Shown in pieces: positions 41,324 to 53,107 of a DNA stretch of 64,000 nt; within the stretch, counting starts at the first letter, position 1, and the number at the start of each line of letters is the position of its first letter. Both the position numbers and the translations under genes were made by a program. The stretch spans positions 20,961 through 84,960 of the forward strand of contig CAVVYZ010000023.1 in the NCBI GenBank assembly GCA_963752595.1. Direction: 5' to 3'. This DNA is from an uncultured delta proteobacterium (GTDB lineage: Bacteria; Desulfobacterota; Desulfomonilia; UBA1062). The notes under the pieces were generated by a model that saw only the letters and a program-made list of their open reading frames with translations, did not search any database and had not been told where the DNA came from.

Positions 41324-42359
41324 ATGAAAAGGAACTCAAATAATAATATAATTTTTACAATTTTAATTTCTTTTATTATCCTGAATTATTTACCCATTAA
41401 AGCAGAAGCAGATGAGAACCCTCAAGAACAAAAAATATTGGTTCTGGAAAATAGATTAAAAATAAACACAGAGTCTCTTGATGCGGTTAGAAGAGATCAG
41501 CTTAATTATAATATAGAAAAAAATTTGTTAAAAGAAGCATACGCTTCAAACATGCAAACAATTAACCTTATTATAGCTCTAATACTTGGTTCATTAACAA
41601 TCCTTGGATATGCTGGAGTAAGAAGTATCAATTCAATCAAGAAAGATTTTAAAGGAGAGTTAGATAATTTAATTTTATTAAGAAGTGAGTTTGACTTGAA
41701 AATGAGAGATGTTGATGATCAACTTTTAAACGCAAAGAAAAGATACGATGAATTAGCTCAAGTAAACGAAAAGCAGGATAAACGCCTTCAAATTCTAGAA
41801 ATTCAAGAGAAATCAGCTGCGCTTATAAAAGAGAAGAACTTTTCAAATGCCCTAAGATACATCGATATTGGCCTTAGCCTTTCTAGTCATGATATTAGTT
41901 TTCTATCAATGAAAGCATTATGTCTATTATGTCTAAAAAGGTTTGATGAATGCATCTTTGCCTATGAAATTTTATTATCACAAGACTCAAACAATATTAG
42001 TGCTATCACAAACTTAATTGAGCTTTATTTACTTACAGGAAAGCGGGAAAAATCTAGTTTCTTATGCAGGTGCATTTGCCAATACTCAGTTCCATTTATG
42101 GCCCTTATTTTTCATGGTACATATCTGCACTTGATCACTTCCTATCAGGAAACGAAGAGGATTTGAAAAAATTGTTGATGCATCATCCTGTAGATGTTCC
42201 TGAATCAAAATCTCCACGTATAAATAACTGGACCTATGGTGACGCTCTCTATATTTATAAACCGTATGTCCAATAAACCGGGATATAAAGCTATGTTAGG
42301 TGCATACTTTCTTAGAAGGTAAGCTATCTCTCGAAGAATTTAACAGAGAAATTCGCTGA
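41324..42359 (+). CDS. Membrane-anchored coiled-coil/TPR protein (indels in 3' part)
   Basis: Signal peptide (..IKAEA), TM helix INLIIALILGSLTILGYAGV, coiled coil, TPR helices; 3' end approximate. Confidence 0.65.
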
Positions 42360-42451
42360 CATACATTACGGTTCAACCAAACGAACTGGCGCTTACGGCG
42401 AAGTCCGTAATCTAACTTAATCACTAATCATCAACACATTCGAAACACAGA

Positions 42452-42473
42452 ATGTTCGCGGAATGTTCGCGGG
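42452..42473 (+). repeat. Putative integrase arm-type sites (2 x TGTTCGCGG)
   Basis: Identical to 36237-36258. Confidence 0.75.
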
Positions 42474-42505
42474 TACCTGTAGAACAAGGCCTGATGCTGG
42501 TGTAA

Positions 42506-42523
42506 ACAGGTTCAAATCCTGTG
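42506..42523 (+). repeat. attR core (displaced tRNA 3' fragment)
   Basis: ACAGGTTCAAATCCTGTG, then TGGCAA instead of CGGCCC. Confidence 0.88.
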
Positions 42524-42560
42524 TGGCAAAGGAATAATGGATCAAAATTTAAGAGAACGA

Positions 42561-42800
42561 GTGACTTTACCCAAAGGGTGGAGTCACAATGTTTTGTTTT
42601 GTCTTTGAATCCCCATTGAAACAGGTGAGGAGCGGAGGGGAAATTTGGGGAAACAGCGGCGTTTGTCTGAGCGGAGTGAAACGGAGCGAGTTTAGCCGCG
42701 GCCCAAATTTTCCCGAGCACCGCAGCGGACCCCGCAGGGGCTGTTTCACTTGGGGTGCCCTTTTTCGGTTCCTTTTTTGGGCAAGCAAAAAGGAACAAAA
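42561..42800. other. Highly structured non-coding element
   Basis: Nested inverted repeats CCCCA/TGGGG, TGAAACAG/CTGTTTCA, GGGAAATTTGGG/CCCAAATTTTCCC, GCGGC/GCCGC, GTTCCTTTTT/AAAAAGGAAC. Confidence 0.6.
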
Positions 42801-42963
42801 GCTTATTTTGAGTTGGCCGAAAGCAAGCTTTATTATCGTAAATAAAACAGCTTTTTAGTTTGGGGAAACCCAGAAATAACCCAATGCTATAATCTAATGT
42901 TTTCCTGGACTGTGTCGTACAGTAAATGGTTGCAAATCCCATGCGCAAAAAGGTCCAACTATT

Positions 42964-44122
42964 ATGATTGATATGCAACAGATGAATGTCCTTATCGTCG
43001 ATGACATGGAGAACATGTGCAAAGCGATTAGGGGGATGCTGAGAGTCCTGAACATCGGCGGGCAAGTCTATTACGCCTATAACGGACTTGAAGCCTGGCA
43101 GATACTCCAGAAGCCGGATACCCAGGTCGACCTTGCCATCATCGACTGGAACATGCCGCAGAATGACCGGGGTGGAGCTGCTCGGCCATATCAGGGAAGA
43201 CGGAAGACTGCGGGATATGCCGGTGATCATGGTAACCGCGGAGGCCAACAGAGAGATTGTTGCCCAGGCGGCTGAATCGGATATCGATGCGTACCTCCTG
43301 AAGCCCGTTACCGTAAAATCCCTGGAAGATCGCCTGAAGACGGTCATCCAGAAAGCCAACAATCCGCCTCCCATGGTCCATCATCTCAAAAAAGCCAGGA
43401 ATTATGAGGAAAGTGGAAACCTGAACGGCGCCATATCCGAGGTGAAGCTGGCAATAGAAGCGAACCCGTCCTCAACGAGGCCCATCAGGGAGCTCGGACA
43501 TCTCTATTTCAGCAAAGGCGACCTGGACGATGCGGAAAAGTGGCTTCTCAAGGCGGCCAAGCTGAACAACCTCGATGTTTTTGCCTGCCATTCGCTGGGC
43601 GAGCTGTACCTGAAGCGCGGCAACATGGACGAAGCCATCAAATATTTTGAAAGGGCCATGCAGATAAGCCCGCGGCATCTGGAAAGGGGTCTCAACTTCG
43701 GCAAGGTGCTCCTTGAAAAGAACATGACTGCCAAGGCAGTAAAGGTGTTCAATAAAATACTGGAGCTGGCGGACGACCCCCTTTCTCTGCGGGAAGATAT
43801 TGCCAATATCTGCATGGAAAGAGGGGAGTTCCGGCATGCCGTTCAGCTGTACACGATCATCCTGCAGCACGCACCGAACCGAACAGATATCATGGTCAAA
43901 CTGATTGACGCGTACCTTCGTTCCGGCGAGGGTCAGAAGGCAATGCCGTATCTCGTGGACCTGCAGAAGAAGGAAGAAAGAAACATAAAACTGCTTATAA
44001 TCATCGCAAAGGCCTACCTCACCCTCAAACAGACTGCGCGGGCCGATCAGGTGCTCCAGAAAGTGTTCAGGCTGGACCCTGAGAATTATGAAGCGAAGAA
44101 TCTTATCAAGCAATGCTATTGA
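42964..44122 (+). CDS. Response regulator with C-terminal TPR repeats (one indel)
   Basis: LIVDD, IIDWNMP, MVTAE, YLLKP, then multiple TPRs. Confidence 0.9.
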
Positions 44123-44134
44123 CGGGAAGGCGAT

Positions 44135-45354
44135 ATGGCAAACATGATGCAGAATGATTTACTGACGATTATCGGGATATCACATGACAGGTCTCTTTCC
44201 ACCAAAGAAAAGCTCCAGTTGATCATCGAGAAGGTGGTGGCCTGCATGAACACGGAAAGGGGTTCCATCATGCTCATGAGCGGAAGGGATACCCTGGAGG
44301 TAGCTGCCTCTACAAAACCGGAACTGATCGGCATAAAGCAGTCGATCAGGGAAGACACTCCATCGGCCTGGGTGGTGAAAAACCGGCAGATTCTGTATAT
44401 CGGGCCTGATACGGGGGCCATGCCCTTCAAGAAAAGGTTTGATTATTATAAAAAAGAAGCGTTCCTGCTTGCGCCGATTATCATGCACAATAAAGTAATC
44501 GGGGTTCTGAACATTACAGACAAAAAAGATGCCGACTCGTTCAGTTCCCAGGAGCGGGAGCTCTTCCTCACCATAGCCGGGTATGTCATCAGCGCGATTG
44601 AAAACCAGCGCCTGTCTGAATCGTTGAGAAAAAGCCGGAATGATATCAAGCGGAAGAACCAGGAACTGAGAAAGCTGGAAAGAATCCGCACCGAGCTTTT
44701 CAATATGCTCATCCATGATCTGAAGGGGCCGCTTTCAGAGGTTGTGGCAAGCCTTGATATCCTTTCTTATGTGATCAAGGATGAAAATCTCGATTATATC
44801 GACATCGGCCCAGTCGCCTGTGATACCCTGCTGCGGATGATTTCCGACCTGCTCGATATAACGAGGCTTGAAGAAGGATGTCTCAACCTCATTTACGAAC
44901 AGATCGAGCCCGCTCGATATGATACATGAAGCATAATCCGGTTGAGTGCGATGGCAAACTCAAGGGGTATCGAGCTGAAGGAAGACATCGGAACAGGGCA
45001 TACAGGGATGTTCCCGGGTGATAAAGGCATCATCATGAGGGTGATGCAGAATCTGCTCATCAATGCCGTTCAGCATTCACCCCCGGGGTTCATGTATTGA
45101 AACCGGGTTCGAATGTTCAAAGAATACGATAATCTTTCCATGTGCAGGACCACGGTCCGGGCATCGCACCTGAATTTCAGGAATCCATCTTCAACAAATT
45201 CTTTCAGATCACCAAAAAAAGAGATGGTAGAAGATTTTCAACTGGCCTTGGGCTGACATTTTGTAAGATGGCGGTTGAAGCGCATTTGGGCTCCATTCAC
45301 GTTGTGAGTGACGGACAGAGCGGAAGCCGCTTTGTTTTCCACATCCCCTTATAG
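44135..45354 (+). CDS. GAF sensor histidine kinase (indels)
   Basis: GAF (IGVLNITDK), IHDLKGPL, NLL.NA, D.GPGI, STGLGLTFC. Confidence 0.9.
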
Positions 45355-45588
45355 ATCAAGCAGAGGTATATTGTCATCCGGAAACATTCAGCGCTTCCGT
45401 TCGTCCAGTATCAGCAATGAGGTGCAGGCGAAGCTATTAGCATCAGGTGATGATACTTGAACTTCCCTTTCCCGACCATAAGATAGTAAGTCAACGTATT
45501 CATGACACAATAATCGTGATCACCAGAGAATACCTCTTATAATCCATGGTGCACCATCGTGTAGGTACGGATCGGGAGGAACCGCGCA

Positions 45589-48264
45589 ATGCCGAATATA
45601 CCCAAGGCTGTTTACCGGATGCAGTTTCATAAAGGTTTTACTTTTCAGGATGCGGAAGTGCTTTGTGATTATATTGACAAATTAGGAATCAGCCATATCT
45701 ATGCATCATCAATTCTCCAATCAGTGCCGGGCAGTACTCATGGATATGATATTACGAATTACAGCCAGATAAATAAAGAGATAGGAGGGTGGGCCAGGAT
45801 ATGAAACCTTCAGTGCAGCGCTGAAAAAGTCATGGACTGGGCCAGGTCCTGGATATAGTGCCCAACCACATGGCAATAAACAGCCCAGAAAATGTGTGGT
45901 GGCTTGATGTCCTGGAAAACGGTCCATCAAGCCCATACGCCGTATATTTTGATGTGGACTGGAACTATCGGTGAAAACTGTTTGTGAATAAGATAATCCT
46001 TCCCATACTCGGGGATCATTACGGCAGGGTCCTGGATGCCCGTGAAATTCAGCTGCATCGTGAAAAGGGTTTGTTCAGCTTCCATTACTATGACCATATC
46101 CTGCCGGTTTCACCCAACTCTCTGTCGGCACCACTCAAGACCGCAGCCGATCGGTGTCATTCGGATCTCCTGGGATTCATCTCGGATTCGCTGAAAAATC
46201 TTCCTTTGACCACATACACCGACCGGGAGAGTATCCGAAGAAGGCATCGGGATAAAGAAGTCATCAGAAACTGCTTGAAAAATTAATGTCCAGGCAGGAA
46301 GAAGTTGGCAATGCCGTCGAACTGGTTGTCCAGTGAGATCAATGCAAACCCTGAAGCACTCCACGATATACTGGAACAGCAGGTTTACCGGCTCGCATAC
46401 TGGAGGATGGCCGGGCATGAACTGGGATACCGGAGATTTTTTGATATCAATTCCATGGTAGGTCTTCGAATTGAGGACAAGTCAGTCTTTTATGATGTTC
46501 ACGATATTATTTTCAGGTTTCTGAAAACCGGGATACTTGACGGCATACGGATAGATCATCCGGATGGCCTGTGGGACCCCGACGAATATTTCCATCTCTT
46601 GAGAAATGAATCCCCGGATGCCTGGATTGTCATCGAAAAGATCCTTCAGCCAGTCGAGAGCAGCTGAGAGAAGATTGGCCGGTGGACGGATCAACCGGTT
46701 ATGATTTCATGAATCTGGTGTCCGGCCTTTTCATAGATCCTCTGGAAAGAAAAAGAACTTACGGATTTCTATCAAAGAATTCACCGGAGAGACCACTGAT
46801 TACCCTGCATTGGCCAGGGAAAAAAAATATCAGGTACTGAATGAGCTCCTGGACAGTGACATAACAGGCTGACCGATCTGATGGTCAGGATTTGTGAGCA
46901 TAACCGAAGATTCCGGGATTTTACCAGGTATGAAATACGTGAAGCCCTCATTGAAATCATCGCCTCGTTGCCGGTCTACCGTACCTATATAAGGGCACAT
47001 CTCGGTCAGATATCGGATACGGACAGAAACTTATTGCTGACAGGTCATAGATACCGCTAAGGCAAATCGAACAGATTTGGACCAGGAACTGATACATTTC
47101 ATAGGAGATATGATTCTCCTGAAACATCGAGGGGAGCTTGAAACGGAATTTGTCATGCGTTTTCAGCAGTTATCGGATCCGGCCGCGGCAAAGGGTATCG
47201 AAGATACCACGTACTACTGCTACAACCGACTGGTTTCGCTTGAATGAGGTGGGAGGTGATCCCGGGAAGTTCGGAAATACCGTCAGCAGTTTTCACCAAA
47301 GAATGCAGGAAAAAACCAGGAGGTTTCCCCATGGCATGAATGCCACCTCCACCCATGATACCAAGAGAAGCGAAGATGTTCGTGCCCGGCTTTCCCTGAT
47401 TTCGGAGATTCCAAAGGAATGGATCCGGGCCGTGCGGAAATGGTCCGGGCACAACGAGAATATCGCAGGATCGAATATCCCCGGACAGAATACGGAATAT
47501 CTCATTTATCAGACACTCATCGGTGCGTGGCCCATAGAATTGGAGCGGCTTTCCGCATATATTCTCAAGGCATTCGGGAAGCGAAAAAGTATCACCTCCT
47601 GGACCCCCCCGATACCCGGCCTATGAAGAAGCGGTCATCCGGATTCATTGAAAAAATAACTGACAGAGACAAGGAATTCATCATGGACATCCAGACATTT
47701 ATCCAGCCACTTATAGGGCCGGGCAGAGTCAATTCCTTGACCCAGACACTTATTGAAATGTACTGCGCCGGGAGTGCCTGATTTTTATCAGGGGACCGAA
47801 TTGTGGGATTTAAGCCTGGTTGATCCCGATAACAGACGGCCGGTAAACTATCCATTCCGAGAATGGGACTGCTTTCAAAATCATTAAGGATGCACACCGG
47901 AAAACATTCTCAATGGAGATGGAAAGCGGCCTTCCTAAACTGTGGTAATCACGTCGAAGCTCTCAAATTGAGGAGAAGAAATGCCCGGATATATTTGAAA
48001 AGACCGGATTATCAGCCTCTTCCGGTGGAAGGGAAACACAGGCATCAGGATCATCGCTTTCTTAAGGGGGAAGGAAATCGGGACGGTATGCCCCCGGCTG
48101 GTCATGAGTTTTGGCGGCAACTGGGATGATACTGTCATTTAAATTGCCGAACGGCCCCTGGGTAAATCGACTGACCAAGGATATTATTCCCGGTGGAAGG
48201 TTATTCCTGAAGGACCTGTTTCGGCGTTTTCCCGTAGCGCTTCTGACCAGAAAGGGGACTGTAA
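45589..48264 (+). CDS. treY: Malto-oligosyltrehalose synthase (many indels)
   Basis: [68 protein letters not shown]. Confidence 0.93.
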
Positions 48265-48266
48265 TC

Positions 48267-50032
48267 GTGACCGAATATCGGTGTATGGGCTCCCAATGTC
48301 ACGAAAGGTATCGCTGAATATACGCAACCAGAGCATTCCCATGTCAGGGCAGGCTCGGACGGGTGGTGGGGGTGCAGGATGAAGCCGGGCTACGGCATGG
48401 AGAAGAATATACCTTTATCCTGGATGAGCAGTCGCCTCTGCCGGATCCCGGGGTCCATGTGGCAGCCGGAAGGGGTGTTCGGTCCTTCAGGTTCTATGAT
48501 CATTCACTTTTTGCCTGGACCGATGATACCTGGCAGCAGCGGCCACTTTCATCCGCGGTTATCTATGAGCTTCATATCGGGACATTCACCCCAGAAGGGA
48601 CCTTTGCCGGGGCAGAAGACACACCTCGAAGCATCTTCTGGACCTGGGAGTAACACATGTGGAGATCATGCCGGTAAACACCGTTCCCGGGTTCCCGCGG
48701 ATGGGGTTATGACGGGGTATATCTCTATGCGCCCCAGGAGACATACGGAGGTCCTGACGGATTGAAACATCTGGTGGATATCTGTCATGAGGAGCGGCCT
48801 TGGGGTGATCCTGGACGTTGTTTACAACCATCTGGGGCCTTCCGGCAACTATCTTGACCGGTTTGGGACCGTATTTTACCACCAATTATGTGACACCGGG
48901 AAAAGCCGTGAACCTGGACGGAAGAGCAAGTAACGAAGTACGCCGTTTCTTTTGCGACAATGCCTTATGTGGCTGCGCGACTATCACATGGACGGGCTCC
49001 GGCTGGATGCGGTACATGCGATCTTTCGATTTCTCCGCCGTACATTTCCTTGAGCAGCTGAGCAGGGAAATCAAGGAGCTCCAAGCACGACTCGGACGGC
49101 ATTTTTACATAATAGCGGAAAACGATAGGAACGAAATACGTCCGGTACAGCCGTATGAAACAGGGGGGTACGGAATCGATGCCCAGTGGAACGAAGATTG
49201 TCACCATGCGCTCCACACCGTTCTTACCGGAGAAAAGGATGGGTATTATGCGGATTTCGGTACCCTGGAAGACCTGGCCAAGGTATTGTCAAAAGGTTTT
49301 GCACAAGACGGCAGGTATTCCATCTTCAGAGGAAGAAATCATGGCAGGCCCGCTCATGAATTGAGCGGACACCGTTTTGTGGCCTATCTGCAAAACCATG
49401 ACCAGATCGGCAACCGCGCCAGGGGTGATCGGATAACGCATCTGGTGAACATGAAAAAGGCAAAGATAGGTGCTGCGCTGATATTTACCTCAGCCTTCAT
49501 TCCCCTGATCTTCCAGGGCGAAGAATGGGGTTCATCAAACCCGTTTCTGTATTTCAGCGACCATGAGGACCCTGCGCTGGCAAATGCTATCAGGGAAGGG
49601 CGGAGAGCCGAGTTTTCCGGGTTCGGATGGGATCCATCCGAGATACCTGATCCCCAGGCACTGGAAACGTTCAGGCTATCCTGCCTGAATTGGAAAGAGC
49701 TTGTGGATAAACAACATGCCGACCTTCTTGCGTGGTATAAACAGGTGATCAAACTGCGCAAGGAGCTTCCCGGCCTCACCAGCGGCCACCTGGACCGCAT
49801 AGCCGTTTCATTCAATGAAGCGCAGAAATGGCTCGTCATGAAAAACGGCAGCGTCAGTGTCGCCTGCAACATCGATGGACAAGGGCATGAGGTCGATCTG
49901 GGATCAGATTCTTTGCAGCACCTGATCCTTGCATCAGACGACGGCATATTTCTGAAGGAAAACAGGATCTATCTGCCCGGTGAAAGTGCGGCAATCTTGA
50001 TCGATGCACAAGGGCAGGGCGGCTCACATTAA
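48267..50032 (+). CDS. treZ: Malto-oligosyltrehalose trehalohydrolase (indels)
   Basis: [50 protein letters not shown]. Confidence 0.93.
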
Positions 50033-51367
50033 ATGTTGGAAATGACCGCCTGGTACTTGCCCCGCGGGCCCCTGGCTATCCTGTCCGCCAGGTGGATATT
50101 GAGCGAGATTTCAGGACCCATGACCCGGGCCAGATTGGATCGGATCTCACGAGATTGTCTTCAGAAAACCTGTCCCCAGGGACAATGAATACATCCAGCG
50201 ATTCCATCGAGTTCTGAATGATCTGGTATTCTTTTATGTTGGACCGGATGATATGGTTGAAATAGGCAGGATAAAAATATTTGTATCCGGAAGCCGTCCT
50301 GATGAGGTTGGTGATTCGTCCCCCTGCCAGTTTCATGAGCGGCAGGCCTCTTCCGCAGGGACAGGCATATCCCGCACCTGTTCCCACATCGCCGGTATCA
50401 TAACGGATCAATGGAAACGCCAGGTTTTCGAGATTCGTACCCACTATCCGGGCGATGCCGTCCTGTTGGATGAATTCCATGAAATTGTATTCCATATTCA
50501 TATGGTAATTACCGAATTCGCATTGACCGGCGGAAGCACATCCTTCGATCATCCCGTACCAGTCGAACAAACGGGTATGGAATGCCTTTTCAATGGTTTC
50601 CCGCATGTCGTCATGGAGGATCTCGCTGGTGGTCAGTATGGCGGCCGGATCTTTTTCCAGGGTGTATCCGTTGTTGATCATGTGCCTGGCCAATACATGG
50701 ATAATTGAAGGATATCCCGATACGATAGCGGGCCCGATGGTATTGAGCAGTTTGACCATGGCATCCAGGCTTGCATCGCCGAGATCGGCTGTATTTATGG
50801 TCCAGGTGTTCAATGCACGGTTCCTTTTGAATAACAGGTGTGCATCCGCAGGGGCATAGAACGGGCTGCCGAGTTTGACGAACCTCCCGGACCATCCTTT
50901 TCTGGCCCAGCTCTCGAAGCGATAGTTTGCAGCGCTTTTCATGTGGAGATAATCGGGATGCCACACGAAAGAGAGTATCCGTGAGCTGGAACCGCTGGTG
51001 CTCACGTTCATGGTTCCGGGGAAATCATACCGGGGAATAAAGTCATCATGATGATTCATGACAAAGGCTTTATCTATGATGGGAAATGATGCGAGATCAT
51101 CCATTGATTTTATGTCGCCGGGAAGGGCTCCCAGGTTTTGAAAAACCGAGCGGTAGAAAGGGACATACTGATATGAAAAGCTCAAAAGCCTGGATAATTT
51201 CGAAAGCTGCAGCTTCCTGAGGTCATCGTATGCCCACCACTGGCTCTTCATAAGAAAGGCATAGTGCTTTTTTACCTCAGGTTCCCAGAATAGATGGGAC
51301 GGCAGAAGGCTGTACAGGTTATTTTTTTGCTTCTTGAGAAAATCCTTAACCTTTGCAATGGGGACAT
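50029..51367 (-). CDS. Phenylacetate-CoA ligase / CapK-like adenylate-forming protein (indels at ends)
   Basis: VPFY, STSGSS, GYPS, YGM.E, T.L.N..FPLIRY.TGD, GR; start approximate. Confidence 0.8.
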
Positions 51368-51455
51368 GACAGACTCCTCACATGTAATTCATAAAAGAGA
51401 GGTTATCAGAGGTGTTTTCTCTAGATTAACGTTACGAAGTATTGCAATCAAGACC

Positions 51456-52359
51456 TTACTTTGCCGGACCCTTTGTGAAATCAAAGGCGGAACGCAAGGT
51501 GCGGGCCAGATGCAGCACATTGCCTGTTCCCTGGAAATGGAGGAAGAACATACGGGGTTGTTCGTCGAGCAGGTGATGATGAATGGTGAGAATTTTTATG
51601 TTGCCTGCCTGGAGAGATCGGATAACCGGATTAACCTCTGCCGCGGACAGGACAAGCTCTCCTGCAACAATGGCCTGCTCGTTCGTTCCCGTAAATCCGG
51701 CCCATGAGTTGAGTCCCATGCCGGAAGTGAGCTCAATGCCCGCCAGCATAACTCCGGTCCTTTCCTGTGACAGCTCGAATATTCCATTGATGGTCCGGCC
51801 TTTCAGCCCCATGATGTGTTCGATCTGGATTGTGTCCAGGATAGGCATGCTCGAAGGAGGGAATGCAGATCGTTGGGAAAGTTTTATTTTGTCAAGTGCG
51901 AGCCGAAGTGTTTTTGCCATGACCTCTGCTCTGCCTATTCCTTCGATATGCAGGCATCTTATGCGGGAATATTCGCCCGGGAAAAAAATTGTGAAGGGCA
52001 GCCACCTTTAGATTACCTTTTTCCAGCTGGAGCACGAAAGGATCAAGCTCATTCTCGAACAGCAGGAAGTTTCCGGTCATGATCGCCAGTTTTCCCCTGA
52101 TTTTCCATGAAACCCAAGATGTACCGATCAGAGCCGAGGGTACCTCCTTATCCATGCTTAAACGCAGGTCTCTCGGATACTGCACGACCAGCACGTCTTT
52201 GTGCATCTCACCCATGACTCCGAGAACTTTTATAATCTCGAAAAAATGCTCCGGTATCTGGTGAGATTCATCGTCAGCATGTGCCTGGATGGAGGAAAGG
52301 ACCAGCAGGAGAATCACTGGAAAAAATCTTATAATGCGGAACGGAAATGTTTCAGGCAT
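51456..52359 (-). CDS. Exported DUF1259 (LppY/LpqO-like) two-domain protein (indel)
   Basis: Signal peptide; duplicated domain with ALHN.. and TIHHHLLDEQPRMFFLHF. Confidence 0.75.
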
Positions 52360-52436
52360 AGCAATTAAATAATCGAAATCAGACTTGAATCAAGAAGAGA
52401 CCACTGACATGGGGCTTTTCTGCATGAGAACAGGTA

Positions 52437-52462
52437 AGGGGACCCCTGACATGGGGTCCCCT
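52437..52462. terminator. Hairpin after the fdn operon
   Basis: AGGGGACCCC-TGACAT-GGGGTCCCCT. Confidence 0.6.
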
Positions 52463-52479
52463 GGAATCAATTCAATTAC

Positions 52480-53107
52480 TTAAGCTTCCGGTTTATTGTT
52501 TCTTTCCGCAAACCAGCGCGGGCAATGGGTCTCGCACCAGGCCTTGGAAACGTAGCCGGTGATCATGGCGGATACGGTGCCGGGATTGCCGATGGTTCCA
52601 AGGTAGATGTGCACCATGATGAAGGAACCCAGCACCACCACGCCCAGGGCATGAAGCATGAATGCCAGCCGGGCTACGACTGCCGGGACCAGGAGCGGGT
52701 TCCACATGATGAGACCGGACACAATGATTGTTATACCAGCCACCACGAGCACCCAGAAGAATGCCTTCTGTCCGGCATTGTACTTGTACACGGGAGGAAG
52801 CTTGTCGGTTTCCCACAGATAGCCGCCGCCTTGCAGGATCCAGCCCAGGTCCGCTTCTTCGAAGACGCAGTCCTTTTTCCACATGAAATAGCCGTATACC
52901 AGCCCGAAGGCGAAGATCACCCCGGAGAAGATGTGCATCCACTTGGTGGCATAATAATCCGCCAAGCAGGGTCGGGATGAAGCTCCAGGACTGGAACATC
53001 AGGCCGAGGCCGGAAAAGATGCAGAAGAGGCAGGTGCCTGCCATGAGCCAATGAGCGATCCGCTCAACCGGATCGGTTACTCTTACCATTCCTTCATGCG
53101 CTGACAT
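52480..53107 (-). CDS. fdnI: Formate dehydrogenase cytochrome b (gamma) subunit (indel)
   Basis: ERIAHW, H..SG, KYNAGQK, H...HIY, AMITGYV. Confidence 0.9.

Larger units (their letters stand above)
36171..42523. mobile_element. Integrative rolling-circle element (~6.3 kb) inserted at the tRNA-Val 3' end
   Basis: 18-bp direct repeat ACAGGTTCAAATCCTGTG at both ends, abrupt AT-rich composition, tyrosine integrase and HUH Rep. Confidence 0.9.

Noticed and set aside
42360-42430. Integron attC site after the TPR gene (CTAAC plus a small hairpin)
   Set aside because: No matching GTTRRRY or L boxes, and the integrase lacks IntI features.
36171-42523. Complete inovirus or microvirus prophage
   Set aside because: No Zot/pI ATPase, small coat proteins or capsid gene recognisable.
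42424-43374. 316-aa minus-strand ORF spanning attR
   Set aside because: Antisense to the response regulator and crosses the structured element and att site; no protein-like features.
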